A DNA stretch of 63,884 nucleotides, counting the filler, from an uncultured bacterium (GTDB lineage Bacteria; Latescibacterota; UBA2968): assembly GCA_964471275.1 (NCBI GenBank). It is 4 parts of 4 records of this genome, joined end to end, with 100 filler letters (N's around TTAATTAATTAA, not from the genome) between each part and the next. Parts side by side here need not be neighbours in the genome. Positions count along the whole stretch, not along the records: positions 51,356 to 63,884 come from CAYYGZ010000145.1; 3 more parts are not named here. One strand, written 5' to 3'. The notes beneath the pieces were generated by a model, which made no database searches, had not been told where the DNA came from, and saw only the letters and a program-made list of their open reading frames with translations. Shown here in pieces: positions 55,866-63,884 of this stretch; position 1 is the first letter of the stretch, and each line of letters begins with the position of its first letter. The position numbers were made by a program, and so were the translations under genes.

Positions 55866-57103
55866 CAGACACGCCTCCTTGTCTGCAGTTCGCCCACATT
55901 CTCGATGACCTTCCGGATGGCTCGGCCGGCATCCTCCACGTGTGAAATTTCGGTCGGCGGATGCACTTTCAGCTCAAGATGTCCCTTGTCCATAAAAGCT
56001 TCACCTACAGGGCATGTACCTTCGCCATACGGATTCCGCTCAACGCTCTCGCGATTCTCGGCCAGCCGAAATGGCCAGGCATCGCGGTTCACAAACACCG
56101 GCATCAGGCTGAGCGGCGTGTAAAATCCGCACTTAATCGGTATACCCTCTGCCTGTACGGCCTCAGCAAACGTCTGACGGGAAATCCCCAATTCCTCGGC
56201 CTCATAGGCCAGGATAAAGTTGTAGAACGAAGGTTCCGCATCCTCCGGCAGCACGTCTGGCACGGGCCGCACGCCAGGTAAATCATCGACAAGCTCCCGA
56301 AGCCGCATCGCACACGCACGCCTCTGCACATTCTCCTGATCGACACGCTTCATCCGGACCAGCGCCAGAGCGCCCTGCATCTCCCCCATCCTCAGGTTCG
56401 GGCCAAGCAGCCCCGTTTTTTCCCCATTCCCCAGGTTGACGAATGATCGTGCCCTGTCGACGACGTCCGAGTGCCGGGAAACAACCACGCCGCCCTCCCC
56501 GACGGACAGGATCTTCTTGTGCTGGATGCTGAAAGCGCCAACGTCACCGAGCACCCCCGTCTTCGTGCCGTGGTAGGTTGCCCCGTGTGCGTGCGAGCAG
56601 TCCTCCACGACCGCGACCCCGTGTGTCTCCGCGATCGCAAGTATAGCGTCCATATCCGCGGGAACACCGTCGGCGTGCACGACCATCACGGCCCGGGTGC
56701 GATCGGTGATCGCCGCCCTGAAGGCCTCCGGATCCAGACAGGATCCACCGGGCATGATGTCCGCAAAAACAGGGATCGCCCCCGCAACGAGCACCGAAGT
56801 GCCCGATGAAAAGTAGGTGTAGACAGGCACGATCACTTCGTCCCCGGGCCCGACACCGACTGCGGCAAGGGCAACGTGAAGCGCGGACGAACCCGAATTG
56901 CACGTTGCCGCACCGGTCGCACCGCACCAGAGAGCAAACGCCTTCTCGAACCGAGCATTGCAGGTGCCGCCAATGGGACCGAGAGCCCCGGATCTCAAGG
57001 TTGCCAGAATCGCTTCGGCCTCCTCCTCTGCCGAGTAATCGGGCCAGTCTGGAAACGGTTCGGTCCGGACGGGCTCTCCACCGCACAGGGCAAGGACGGA
57101 CAA
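55865..57103 (-). CDS. DegT/DnrJ/AHBA-synthase-like PLP aminotransferase
   Basis: LALCGGEPVR, NSGSSALH, EDCSHAHG, FSIQHKKILSVGEGG; TTG start after GAGAGG. Confidence 0.9.
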   Translation of the reverse strand: MSVLALCGGEPVRTEPFPDWPDYSAEEEAEAILATLRSGALGPIGGTCNARFEKAFALWCGATGAATCNSGSSALHVALAAVGVGPGDEVIVPVYTYFSSGTSVLVAGAIPVFADIMPGGSCLDPEAFRAAITDRTRAVMVVHADGVPADMDAILAIAETHGVAVVEDCSHAHGATYHGTKTGVLGDVGAFSIQHKKILSVGEGGVVVSRHSDVVDRARSFVNLGNGEKTGLLGPNLRMGEMQGALALVRMKRVDQENVQRRACAMRLRELVDDLPGVRPVPDVLPEDAEPSFYNFILAYEAEELGISRQTFAEAVQAEGIPIKCGFYTPLSLMPVFVNRDAWPFRLAENRESVERNPYGEGTCPVGEAFMDKGHLELKVHPPTEISHVEDAGRAIRKVIENVGELQTRRRV

Positions 57104-57802
57104 TGCAGCCTCTCTTTCGACGAGAACTGTCGCAGCCAGCAGGCCCAGCATTTGGCTGTCAACCACCAGCGCGGAAGTCAATCTGGAGGATTTCAGCACA
57201 TCGGGCCAATCAGGCCCGACTGGAAACAATTATCTTAAGGCACTGCCTGACAGTGATTTACGCGAAAATATCTGCTCTGGTGTTCAGATTGCAACCTCAT
57301 TGGGCAGCTATATAACAGAACCTGAGAAATTGAACAATGGGAATCAGATTCCAAGCCGACCACCTGATGTGCCCGGCTTACGGCGCTGCCCTGACGCCGC
57401 TCAACAGACCGGAAGACGGCCACGGGCAGGTCACGAGCATACTCACCGAAACGTTCCCGGTCTGGGACCCGACTTACATCGCCGGTGACGAATGCGTCAA
57501 CCGGGCTTTCGGAACCACCACCCAAACCGGACTGATCGACAGAATCGTGAGCAGATTCAAGAGCCACGAAGACACACACATTGCATCGATACCGCACCAC
57601 CGAGATCATCTGATCTGCACCAAATCTCCCGGATGGAGGCCGCTTCGCACTCGTGCGTCTTGGCCTCTTCTCTTTGCCCCTCCTCTTTTCGCTTTTCCCA
57701 ATTTTTCCTCCCGATTATTATGTGGGCGGCCCTGAAAGCCATCGGCGGCCACCGCCTGCTCAGGGCGTTGTCTATCACGCACAAGTACCAAGGAGTGTCA
57801 GA

Positions 57803-58960
57803 ATGAGTAAAGTGAGAATCGGGATCGTGGGTGTCGGAAACATGGGGTCCAGCCACAGTCGCTACCTGACGGCCGATGAGGTACCAGACGGAGAACTCGT
57901 CGCCGTGGCAGACACGAGTCCGGACCGAATCGACTGGGCAAAGGAAACCCTTGGCGAGGAGATCCAGTGCTTCGATTCCGCAGAGGATATGTTCAACTCT
58001 GGCGCCATCGACGCCGCCATCATCGCCACGCCGCACTACGACCATCCCCCGCTCGCGATCCGCGCGATGGAACTGGGACTGCACGTCCTGATCGAGAAGC
58101 CAGCTGGCGTCTACACCAAGCAGGTTCGCGAACTCAACGCGTTTGCAGAGAAATCCGACCGGGTCTTCGGTCTCATGTTCAACCAGCGCACGTTGAGCAC
58201 ACACCAGAAGATGCGCGACCTCGTTCAGTCCGGAGACCTTGGAGAAATCCAGCGCACAAACTACATCATTACCTCCTGGTTCCGGTCTCAGAGCTACTAC
58301 GATTCAGGCGGGTGGCGTGCCACCTGGGCGGGCGAAGGAGGCGGAGTGCTTATGAACCAGTGCCCACACAACCTGGACCTGTGGCAGTGGATCTGCGGCA
58401 AACCGAGCCGGGTTCGGGCCTTCATCGGGTTCGGCAAGTATCACGACATCGAAGTCGATGATTCGGTTACCGCCTATGTCGAGTACGAGAACGGTGGGAC
58501 GGGCGTCTTCATCACGACGACCGGCGAAGCGCCGGGAACCAATCGTCTTGAGATCGCGGGGGATCGCGGCAAAGTCGTGCTAGAAGGGGGAAAGATCACG
58601 TTCTGGCGCACCCGTGAGTCGGTCAGCAAGTTCAACAAGGAATACCAGGGCGGTTTCGGTAGCCCGGAAGTCTGGAAGTGCGACGTACCCTCGGGATCCG
58701 GCGGCGAGGGCCACAAGGGCATCACCAAGAACTGGTGTTCGGCCATCAAGGATGGCACCGAGCTCCTCGCACCGGGCACGGAAGGCATCCACGGTCTGGA
58801 GATTGGCAACGCTATGCTCCTCTCCTCCTGGACCGACGATTGGGTCGATATCCCGATCGATGACGAGCTCTACCATAAGAAGCTCCAGGAGAAGATCGAC
58901 TCGTCGACCGTCGTCAAGGAAGATACGGGCAAGGTCCTGAACGTAGTGGGCACCCACTAG
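57803..58960 (+). CDS. Gfo/Idh/MocA-family oxidoreductase
   Basis: GIVGVGNMG, ATPHYDH, EKPAG, GGGVLMNQCPHNLD; AAGGAG RBS. Confidence 0.95.
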   Translation: MSKVRIGIVGVGNMGSSHSRYLTADEVPDGELVAVADTSPDRIDWAKETLGEEIQCFDSAEDMFNSGAIDAAIIATPHYDHPPLAIRAMELGLHVLIEKPAGVYTKQVRELNAFAEKSDRVFGLMFNQRTLSTHQKMRDLVQSGDLGEIQRTNYIITSWFRSQSYYDSGGWRATWAGEGGGVLMNQCPHNLDLWQWICGKPSRVRAFIGFGKYHDIEVDDSVTAYVEYENGGTGVFITTTGEAPGTNRLEIAGDRGKVVLEGGKITFWRTRESVSKFNKEYQGGFGSPEVWKCDVPSGSGGEGHKGITKNWCSAIKDGTELLAPGTEGIHGLEIGNAMLLSSWTDDWVDIPIDDELYHKKLQEKIDSSTVVKEDTGKVLNVVGTH

Positions 58961-58972
58961 ACCCGCAAGATA

Positions 58973-59017
58973 GAGAAAGGGGTTCCCACGTCCTGCGACG
59001 TGCGGAACCCCTTTCTC
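58973..59017. terminator. Bidirectional terminator hairpin
   Basis: GAGAAAGGGGTTCC-CACGTC/GACGTG-C-GGAACCCCTTTCTC between convergent genes. Confidence 0.8.
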
Positions 59018-59074
59018 ATTGATGCGTCGGTGGGTCAGGAAATCGTCAATGCGGTTCTGGAGATGTAGTCGGCT

Positions 59075-60361
59075 CTACCGCTCGCGGATATCCACCGGTC
59101 CTGCAGCTTCCGGCGCCTCCTCGAATGACATAACGTCCGCATCAAACGTCAGCTTCACGACCAGAATCTCATTCATCAGCCTGCTTGTGGGCAGATTCAG
59201 CAGCCTGAGGTAGGGATTCCGCTTTATGTGGTTTGTGGGGACCAGATCCACAACCGTTTCCACACGCTCTCCGGTGTTCAGGAGAACCGCCTCGACAGGC
59301 ATTTCGGTTATGGGAGGCAGGTGGATGCCTGTGGTGGTCGGGTCACTGACGAGATGGACATAGAGTTCTCCGTCCCTTCGCGTAAGCAACACATCTCGGT
59401 TTGAGGTAAGGCTCGAAGCCGGCTGCACCTCGGTGAATGCCTCGCGGGTCTTATCATACCACGACCCGATGCGTCCCAGGATGTCGATTACGTTCTGTGG
59501 AATCGTCCCGTTAGCTTGCGGACCGACATTCAGCAGGTAATTCGCATCCCGCGCCAGATACCGATCGATACTTCGGATCAGATGCCGATCTGTGTAGTAA
59601 TCCTCATCCTTCCGGTAGCCCCAGCTCTCCCTCCCCACCGATTGACACGCCTCAGTCAGCCGCTCGAACCCGAGTTCCCGGTCCAGTCCCGGACTGTAGT
59701 CTCTTTCCGGCGTCCCGAAGTCCCCGTCGTCATATCCGCGGTTGTTGATCACGGCGTTCGGCTGGAGCTCACGGATCATCGCGTTAATCGAGGGATCCAC
59801 GTGCTCGTCTACGTTCATATCCCACCAGAAGCACCCGAGTTCGCCATACTTCGTGCATAGCTCGCGCACCTGTGCCCTCAGAAACACGAGATACTCCTCC
59901 AGGCTGGGATCGTCCCCGGGTTGCCGTTCCAGCTCGTGGTGCCGCCCCTGGTTCGGGTAGTTTGGATGGTGCCAGTCCGCGCAGGAGTAGTAGAAGCCCA
60001 GCGTGAAATCACGTTTTCTGCACGATTCAGCCAGCATCGCCATCAGATCCTGCCCATAGGGCGAGTTGATCGTGTTATACTCGGTCTCCTGCGTCTCGAA
60101 CAGGCAGAATCCGTCGTGGTGCTTGGTTGTCACCACGATGTATTCCATCCCGGCGCTCTCGGCAACGTCCAGCCAAGCTTCTGGGTCGAATTCAGTCGGA
60201 TTCCACTGATCTTTTAGCTTCACATACTCGTCACGCGGTACCTGCCCGCGCCACTGATGCTGTTCGTGCCATCCCGGGATCGCATACAACCCCCAGTGCA
60301 CGAACATCCCCATCCTCTTCTCGTGAAACCAGTCTCTTCCGTCTCCGAATCTCTGCCTCAT
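59075..60361 (-). CDS. Alpha-L-fucosidase (GH29)
   Basis: GMFVHWGLY, TTKHHDGF, WWD nucleophile region, LLNVGP. Confidence 0.93.
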   Translation of the reverse strand: MRQRFGDGRDWFHEKRMGMFVHWGLYAIPGWHEQHQWRGQVPRDEYVKLKDQWNPTEFDPEAWLDVAESAGMEYIVVTTKHHDGFCLFETQETEYNTINSPYGQDLMAMLAESCRKRDFTLGFYYSCADWHHPNYPNQGRHHELERQPGDDPSLEEYLVFLRAQVRELCTKYGELGCFWWDMNVDEHVDPSINAMIRELQPNAVINNRGYDDGDFGTPERDYSPGLDRELGFERLTEACQSVGRESWGYRKDEDYYTDRHLIRSIDRYLARDANYLLNVGPQANGTIPQNVIDILGRIGSWYDKTREAFTEVQPASSLTSNRDVLLTRRDGELYVHLVSDPTTTGIHLPPITEMPVEAVLLNTGERVETVVDLVPTNHIKRNPYLRLLNLPTSRLMNEILVVKLTFDADVMSFEEAPEAAGPVDIRER

Positions 60362-60506
60362 CGACCGCTCCTCCCTCATCTTCGTTTGCACGCCCCACCC
60401 CGGCACAACCACGCCACGACTCGAGATGCCAGAAACCCCGGTAGTCACCGAGAGTCAGGTGTCTTGACGCCTTCGTGTTCCAGTGGTTCGATCTACCGGA
60501 TTCAGA

Positions 60507-61832
60507 CTAGTTCCACCACGGTTGGGTCGGGTCATCCAGCTCCGTGTGCCAGCGATCGAGCTCCGCCCGCAGTCGCGAGACATCCTGAGCGTGTGCCGCA
60601 TCTTCAGCCAGATTCGTCGTTTCCCACGGATCACTGGCAAGATCGAAAAGTTGTGTGGTCCGCACGCCCCTGACACAGTATTCAATCAGCTTCCGGGTCT
60701 TGTCCCGGGCCGCTCGCTGGAAGTCCTTGTAAGCGTAGAGAAACGTATCTCTGACTCGCTCGTTTGGATCCGATAGAGAGGGAACAAGACTCAGACCTTC
60801 CACCGACTCGGGCAGTGGAATCCCCGCAAGCTCAGCCAGTGTCGGGTAGACATCGATCAGATAGGCAAAGGCGTCACGCCGTTCGCCGCTCGGAACGCCC
60901 GGCCCGCACAGGATGAGGGGAACACGGACGCTGTGCTCATACATATTCTGTTTACCGAGAAGACCGTGTTGACCGACTGCCAGTCCGTTGTCCCCCGCAA
61001 AGACAATCAGGGTGTCATCAGCCTTGCCCGACGCCTCGAGTGCACCTAACACCTCACCCACCTGTGCGTCCAGATGCGTGATCATCGCGTAATATGCTGC
61101 CAGATGCTCCCGAACGACTTCCGGTGTTCTTGGCCAAGGGGCCAGTTTTTCATCACGAATGTCAAAATCACCTTGATCGAAGGGATGCTGTTCCTGGAAG
61201 TTCTCGGGCAGCGTCAGATCGTCTGCGTTATACATCTCGTGGTAGCGCGGATGGGTATCCCGGGGATCGTGAGGCGCAGTGAAGGAGAGATAGAGAAAGA
61301 ACGGGTCATCGGAATCGTATGTATTCAGAAACTCGCACGCAGATCCGGCGAACAGATCACTCGAATGGATCTTCTCCTCGTGGTAGATCCCCTCTTTCGG
61401 ATAGTCACCGGCGGGATCGAACGCGTTCAGTGGCACCTTGTAATGATCGCTCATGCCGCCGAAAAAGACGCGGTCCCCCGCCTTGAAACTACGCGAGTAG
61501 GCGGACCGACCGTTATGCCACTTCCCGGTCCCAAACGTCGTGTAACCCGCCACCTGTAGGGCCTCCCCCAAGAGCGTGTGATCGGCAGGGATATCCTGCC
61601 CTCCCCGATCCAGATGGAATAGCGTGCGTCCCGTCATCAGCATCGCCCGGCTCGGCATGCATATGGCACCCCAGGTGCCGCCCATTATGCTCGCGTGCGT
61701 GTAGGCCGTCCCGCGCGCGACCAGCGCGTCCAGGTTCGGCGTAAGGATCTCCTGGTTCCCCAGGGCGTGTATCGTATCGAATCGCTGATCGTCAGCGAAC
61801 AGCAGCAGGATATTAGGCTTCTTCTTCGGCAT
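60507..61832 (-). CDS. Formylglycine-dependent (S1) sulfatase
   Basis: PNILLLFADD, CMPSRAMLMTG, GKWH, APHDP, GKQNMYE. Confidence 0.95.
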   Translation of the reverse strand: MPKKKPNILLLFADDQRFDTIHALGNQEILTPNLDALVARGTAYTHASIMGGTWGAICMPSRAMLMTGRTLFHLDRGGQDIPADHTLLGEALQVAGYTTFGTGKWHNGRSAYSRSFKAGDRVFFGGMSDHYKVPLNAFDPAGDYPKEGIYHEEKIHSSDLFAGSACEFLNTYDSDDPFFLYLSFTAPHDPRDTHPRYHEMYNADDLTLPENFQEQHPFDQGDFDIRDEKLAPWPRTPEVVREHLAAYYAMITHLDAQVGEVLGALEASGKADDTLIVFAGDNGLAVGQHGLLGKQNMYEHSVRVPLILCGPGVPSGERRDAFAYLIDVYPTLAELAGIPLPESVEGLSLVPSLSDPNERVRDTFLYAYKDFQRAARDKTRKLIEYCVRGVRTTQLFDLASDPWETTNLAEDAAHAQDVSRLRAELDRWHTELDDPTQPWWN

Positions 61833-62151
61833 ATGTCGTCTCTCTTTCGTGTAGGACAGCAACCTATGCCGTTTCCTACCACGCACAAACAGAAAAGGCT
61901 GTGCGATGATGCCTGAACCTTGCCCAGCTCGAGTAGCTTGCTCATAGGGCTGTGAGACAGCGGCTCGTGTGTTAACCGGTCTGTGGCAATTCTCGGTATC
62001 AGTTGGGTAACAACTTGCGAGGTCTCCTCCCGCGCCACCGGAGGTCGTGTCATCTGGGCTTGAGGCTGCAACTCGCTGTGCGCAGGTCCCGGGCCTAGAT
62101 TGTCTGGAGCAGCCCTCTGGACTATCTTGTCCCGACAGGAGATGAAGGGAT

Positions 62152-62313
62152 ATGCCGACAATACTGATCACAGACGACGATGAGATGATGCGCGGGCNNN
62201 NNNNNNNCGATGTTGTCGCAATGACAAAGCAATACGGTGCCGACGAGACATTCCAGAAGCCCGTCAGCGGGAAGATCCTGACCGAAACAATCAACCTGCT
62301 TCTGAGCAACTGA
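62152..62313 (+). CDS. Receiver-domain response regulator spanning a 10-N scaffold gap (62198-62207)
   Basis: MPTILITDDDEMMR before the gap; QYGADETFQKP..TINLLL after it. Confidence 0.7.
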   Translation: MPTILITDDDEMMRGXXXXDVVAMTKQYGADETFQKPVSGKILTETINLLLSN

Positions 62314-63218
62314 TGCTACGCCAGACACGTCTTTTACACGCGCCCGTTTTGCTGGTCTTCCTATCCTGCCAGCCAATACCAGATCCGATCATCCAATCAT
62401 TTGGTCAGCACCCCCTTGAGCTACCGCAGGCTTTTGGGGATCTGCAGCGATCCAATGCCGCTGGCACTCTCACAGACGCCCGCGAATTCGCCAATCGCGC
62501 CTACGGTTCTGACGACCTCGACCCTTTTGCCTATGGTGACAGCGACATCAACGGGTTCGCACTGGCCTTCGAGACCGACTTCGAGGCGCAGCGCCGCCAC
62601 CGGAGCGCAAGTCGCTCGATCCAGGGCACCATTCCCGTGCCCTCGCAGGAGAGCACAACGGTTGCGGATTACGACGGTGTCTACTTCTTCGAATCAGAGA
62701 ATCCCACCCTCATGTTTCACATCGCCAACCACACGATCTTTCTGAAGGCGCTCTCAACAGGGATCTCGCGCACCAGTTCGCTCCGCAGGGCGCTCGCTTT
62801 CGTCGAGCAAGTCTTCGAGATCAATGACCGGCTCGGTACGCGACCACTTCGCCCCTTCCAGCTCGACCCGCTCAGATACCTCCCCGCCAACGCAGAACCA
62901 ATCACTCCAGGACCGACGCACTTTGAGCTTGATCTCGCCTTCATCCTGGAAGATCAGCCAAGTGCCAACGTATCCGCTCAGGTACGCTGGTTCAAGGCTG
63001 GCCGTGGATTGATTGTCTACACGGACTCGGCACGTGTTCAGAGAGGGACCGGCAAGATCAGCTTTGCGTGGGACGTGGACCTCACAGAGGGTGCGATATC
63101 AGACATTCTCTCGTTGCGGGCGCACATCAGCTACCAGGGAAACGATGGTCAACTCAGAATCCCCGGCACCAGTTTGCTCGGACCGATCCGCTACAGCATT
63201 GCGAGAACGAGCAACTAG
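62313..63218 (+). CDS. Hypothetical lipoprotein
   Basis: Basic N-terminus, hydrophobic core, FLSC lipobox-like motif; TGATG coupling. Confidence 0.65.
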   Translation: MLRQTRLLHAPVLLVFLSCQPIPDPIIQSFGQHPLELPQAFGDLQRSNAAGTLTDAREFANRAYGSDDLDPFAYGDSDINGFALAFETDFEAQRRHRSASRSIQGTIPVPSQESTTVADYDGVYFFESENPTLMFHIANHTIFLKALSTGISRTSSLRRALAFVEQVFEINDRLGTRPLRPFQLDPLRYLPANAEPITPGPTHFELDLAFILEDQPSANVSAQVRWFKAGRGLIVYTDSARVQRGTGKISFAWDVDLTEGAISDILSLRAHISYQGNDGQLRIPGTSLLGPIRYSIARTSN

Positions 63219-63219
63219 C

Positions 63220-63278
63220 CTGTCCAATGTCATAGTGGTATTGACACATTGAACCAGTAGGTAGGGCTGATTTGGAAT
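63220..63278 (+). repeat. 59-bp dispersed non-coding element, copy 2
   Basis: 46/59 identity to 54445-54503; contains TGTCA-N9-TGACA. Confidence 0.8.
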
Positions 63279-63812
63279 CGCTGCTTTCTCTACGCGCCTT
63301 TGATGACACGGTCTCGAATCTGGATCTGTCTCAGCCCCGGAACGGGGCGACCGTCGTTAGCTTGAGGTGAGGCCTCGCAATCTGTCGGTCGAGAGTGAAG
63401 CGAAGACGGACTGCGTGACTGAACCCCAGGGCTGGATACACAACCGTGAGCTGCGTCGCGATGCCCTCTCTGAACCCGAAAGGATTGCCCCCGGCGCGAA
63501 TCCTACAAACACGTGCGTCCGATGCGGTAAAACCCCCGACTCTAACGAATCTGAACGGTAAACTCCAATCTGAGTCAGTACAGCCTAGCCCCAATTAGCG
63601 AGTCAACGGACCTGGAACACAGCGCAACCTGAGGTCGGTCACCGTGAGCACTTGGCCGACAGGAGCGCCGGCTACGACTTGCGGACACGGTTTCGGCTCG
63701 TCGTACCCGACATTGTTGCGCAACATGCACCTGCAAAATACTCGTCAGCAGCTTCAACCAGAATCAGCGAACCCAGACCCTTGGCCTTACAGAGAAGAGA
63801 GCATCCCAGACC

Positions 63813-63884
63813 ATGTCCGATAAATCACCATCCGAGTGGGTAAATCCGCTTATCGACACCGCAAACAGACGTTTCTTCTTCTTC
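63813..63884 (+). CDS. Start of a probable GH92 alpha-mannosidase-like protein (runs off window)
   Basis: MSDKSPSEWVNPLIDTANRRFFFF resembles the VNPxI(G/D)T N-terminus of GH92; only 24 codons visible. Confidence 0.5.
   Translation, partial: MSDKSPSEWVNPLIDTANRRFFFF

Noticed and set aside
57337..57735. 132-aa ORF between the aminotransferase and the oxidoreductase
   Set aside because: No recognisable motif or clear RBS, and the tail is pyrimidine-rich low complexity; cannot be supported
61833..62309. Long N-terminal extension of the sulfatase ORF in the ORF track
   Set aside because: Reads through an N gap and is antisense to a receiver gene; the real start is MPKKKPNIL at 61832

Overview
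Draft bacterial genome window (GC-rich by eye; gene content suggests an FCB-group/Latescibacterota-like heterotroph, inference only). It consists of four unrelated contigs joined by artificial N44-TTAATTAATTAA-N44 spacers (17255-17354, 34499-34598, 51256-51355), so gene order across spacers is meaningless. Contig 1: moaC/moeA, SDR, RNase E/G, rplU-rpmA, a Rieske/cytochrome b/hexaheme cytochrome c operon, a collapsed NtrC-type pseudogene, acnA with divergent LysR, gpmI, sucC, and dnaK behind an apparent sigma-54 promoter. Contig 2: RarA-C-like orphan, tRNA-Ala(GGC), ligA, receiver protein, HU/IHF, DGGGP-synthase-like UbiA, XPB helicase, tsaD, vWA protein, decayed lamin-tail gene, ftsK (frameshift in a C10 run), lolA, prfB (programmed +1 frameshift), lysS. 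Contig 3: ilvB with an in-frame TGA, and the most striking locus: fliW-csrA followed, where flagellin usually sits, by a sigma-28-like promoter and a ~2950-aa protein fusing ~5 glycosyltransferase, 4 methyltransferase, 2 unassigned repeated domains and TPRs, then an aminotransferase, a GNAT and a double GT2-TPR protein (candidate flagellar glycan assembly line). Contig 4: carbohydrate-catabolic genes (GH29, sulfatase, Gfo/Idh/MocA, GH92 start) and two copies of a 59-bp non-coding element.
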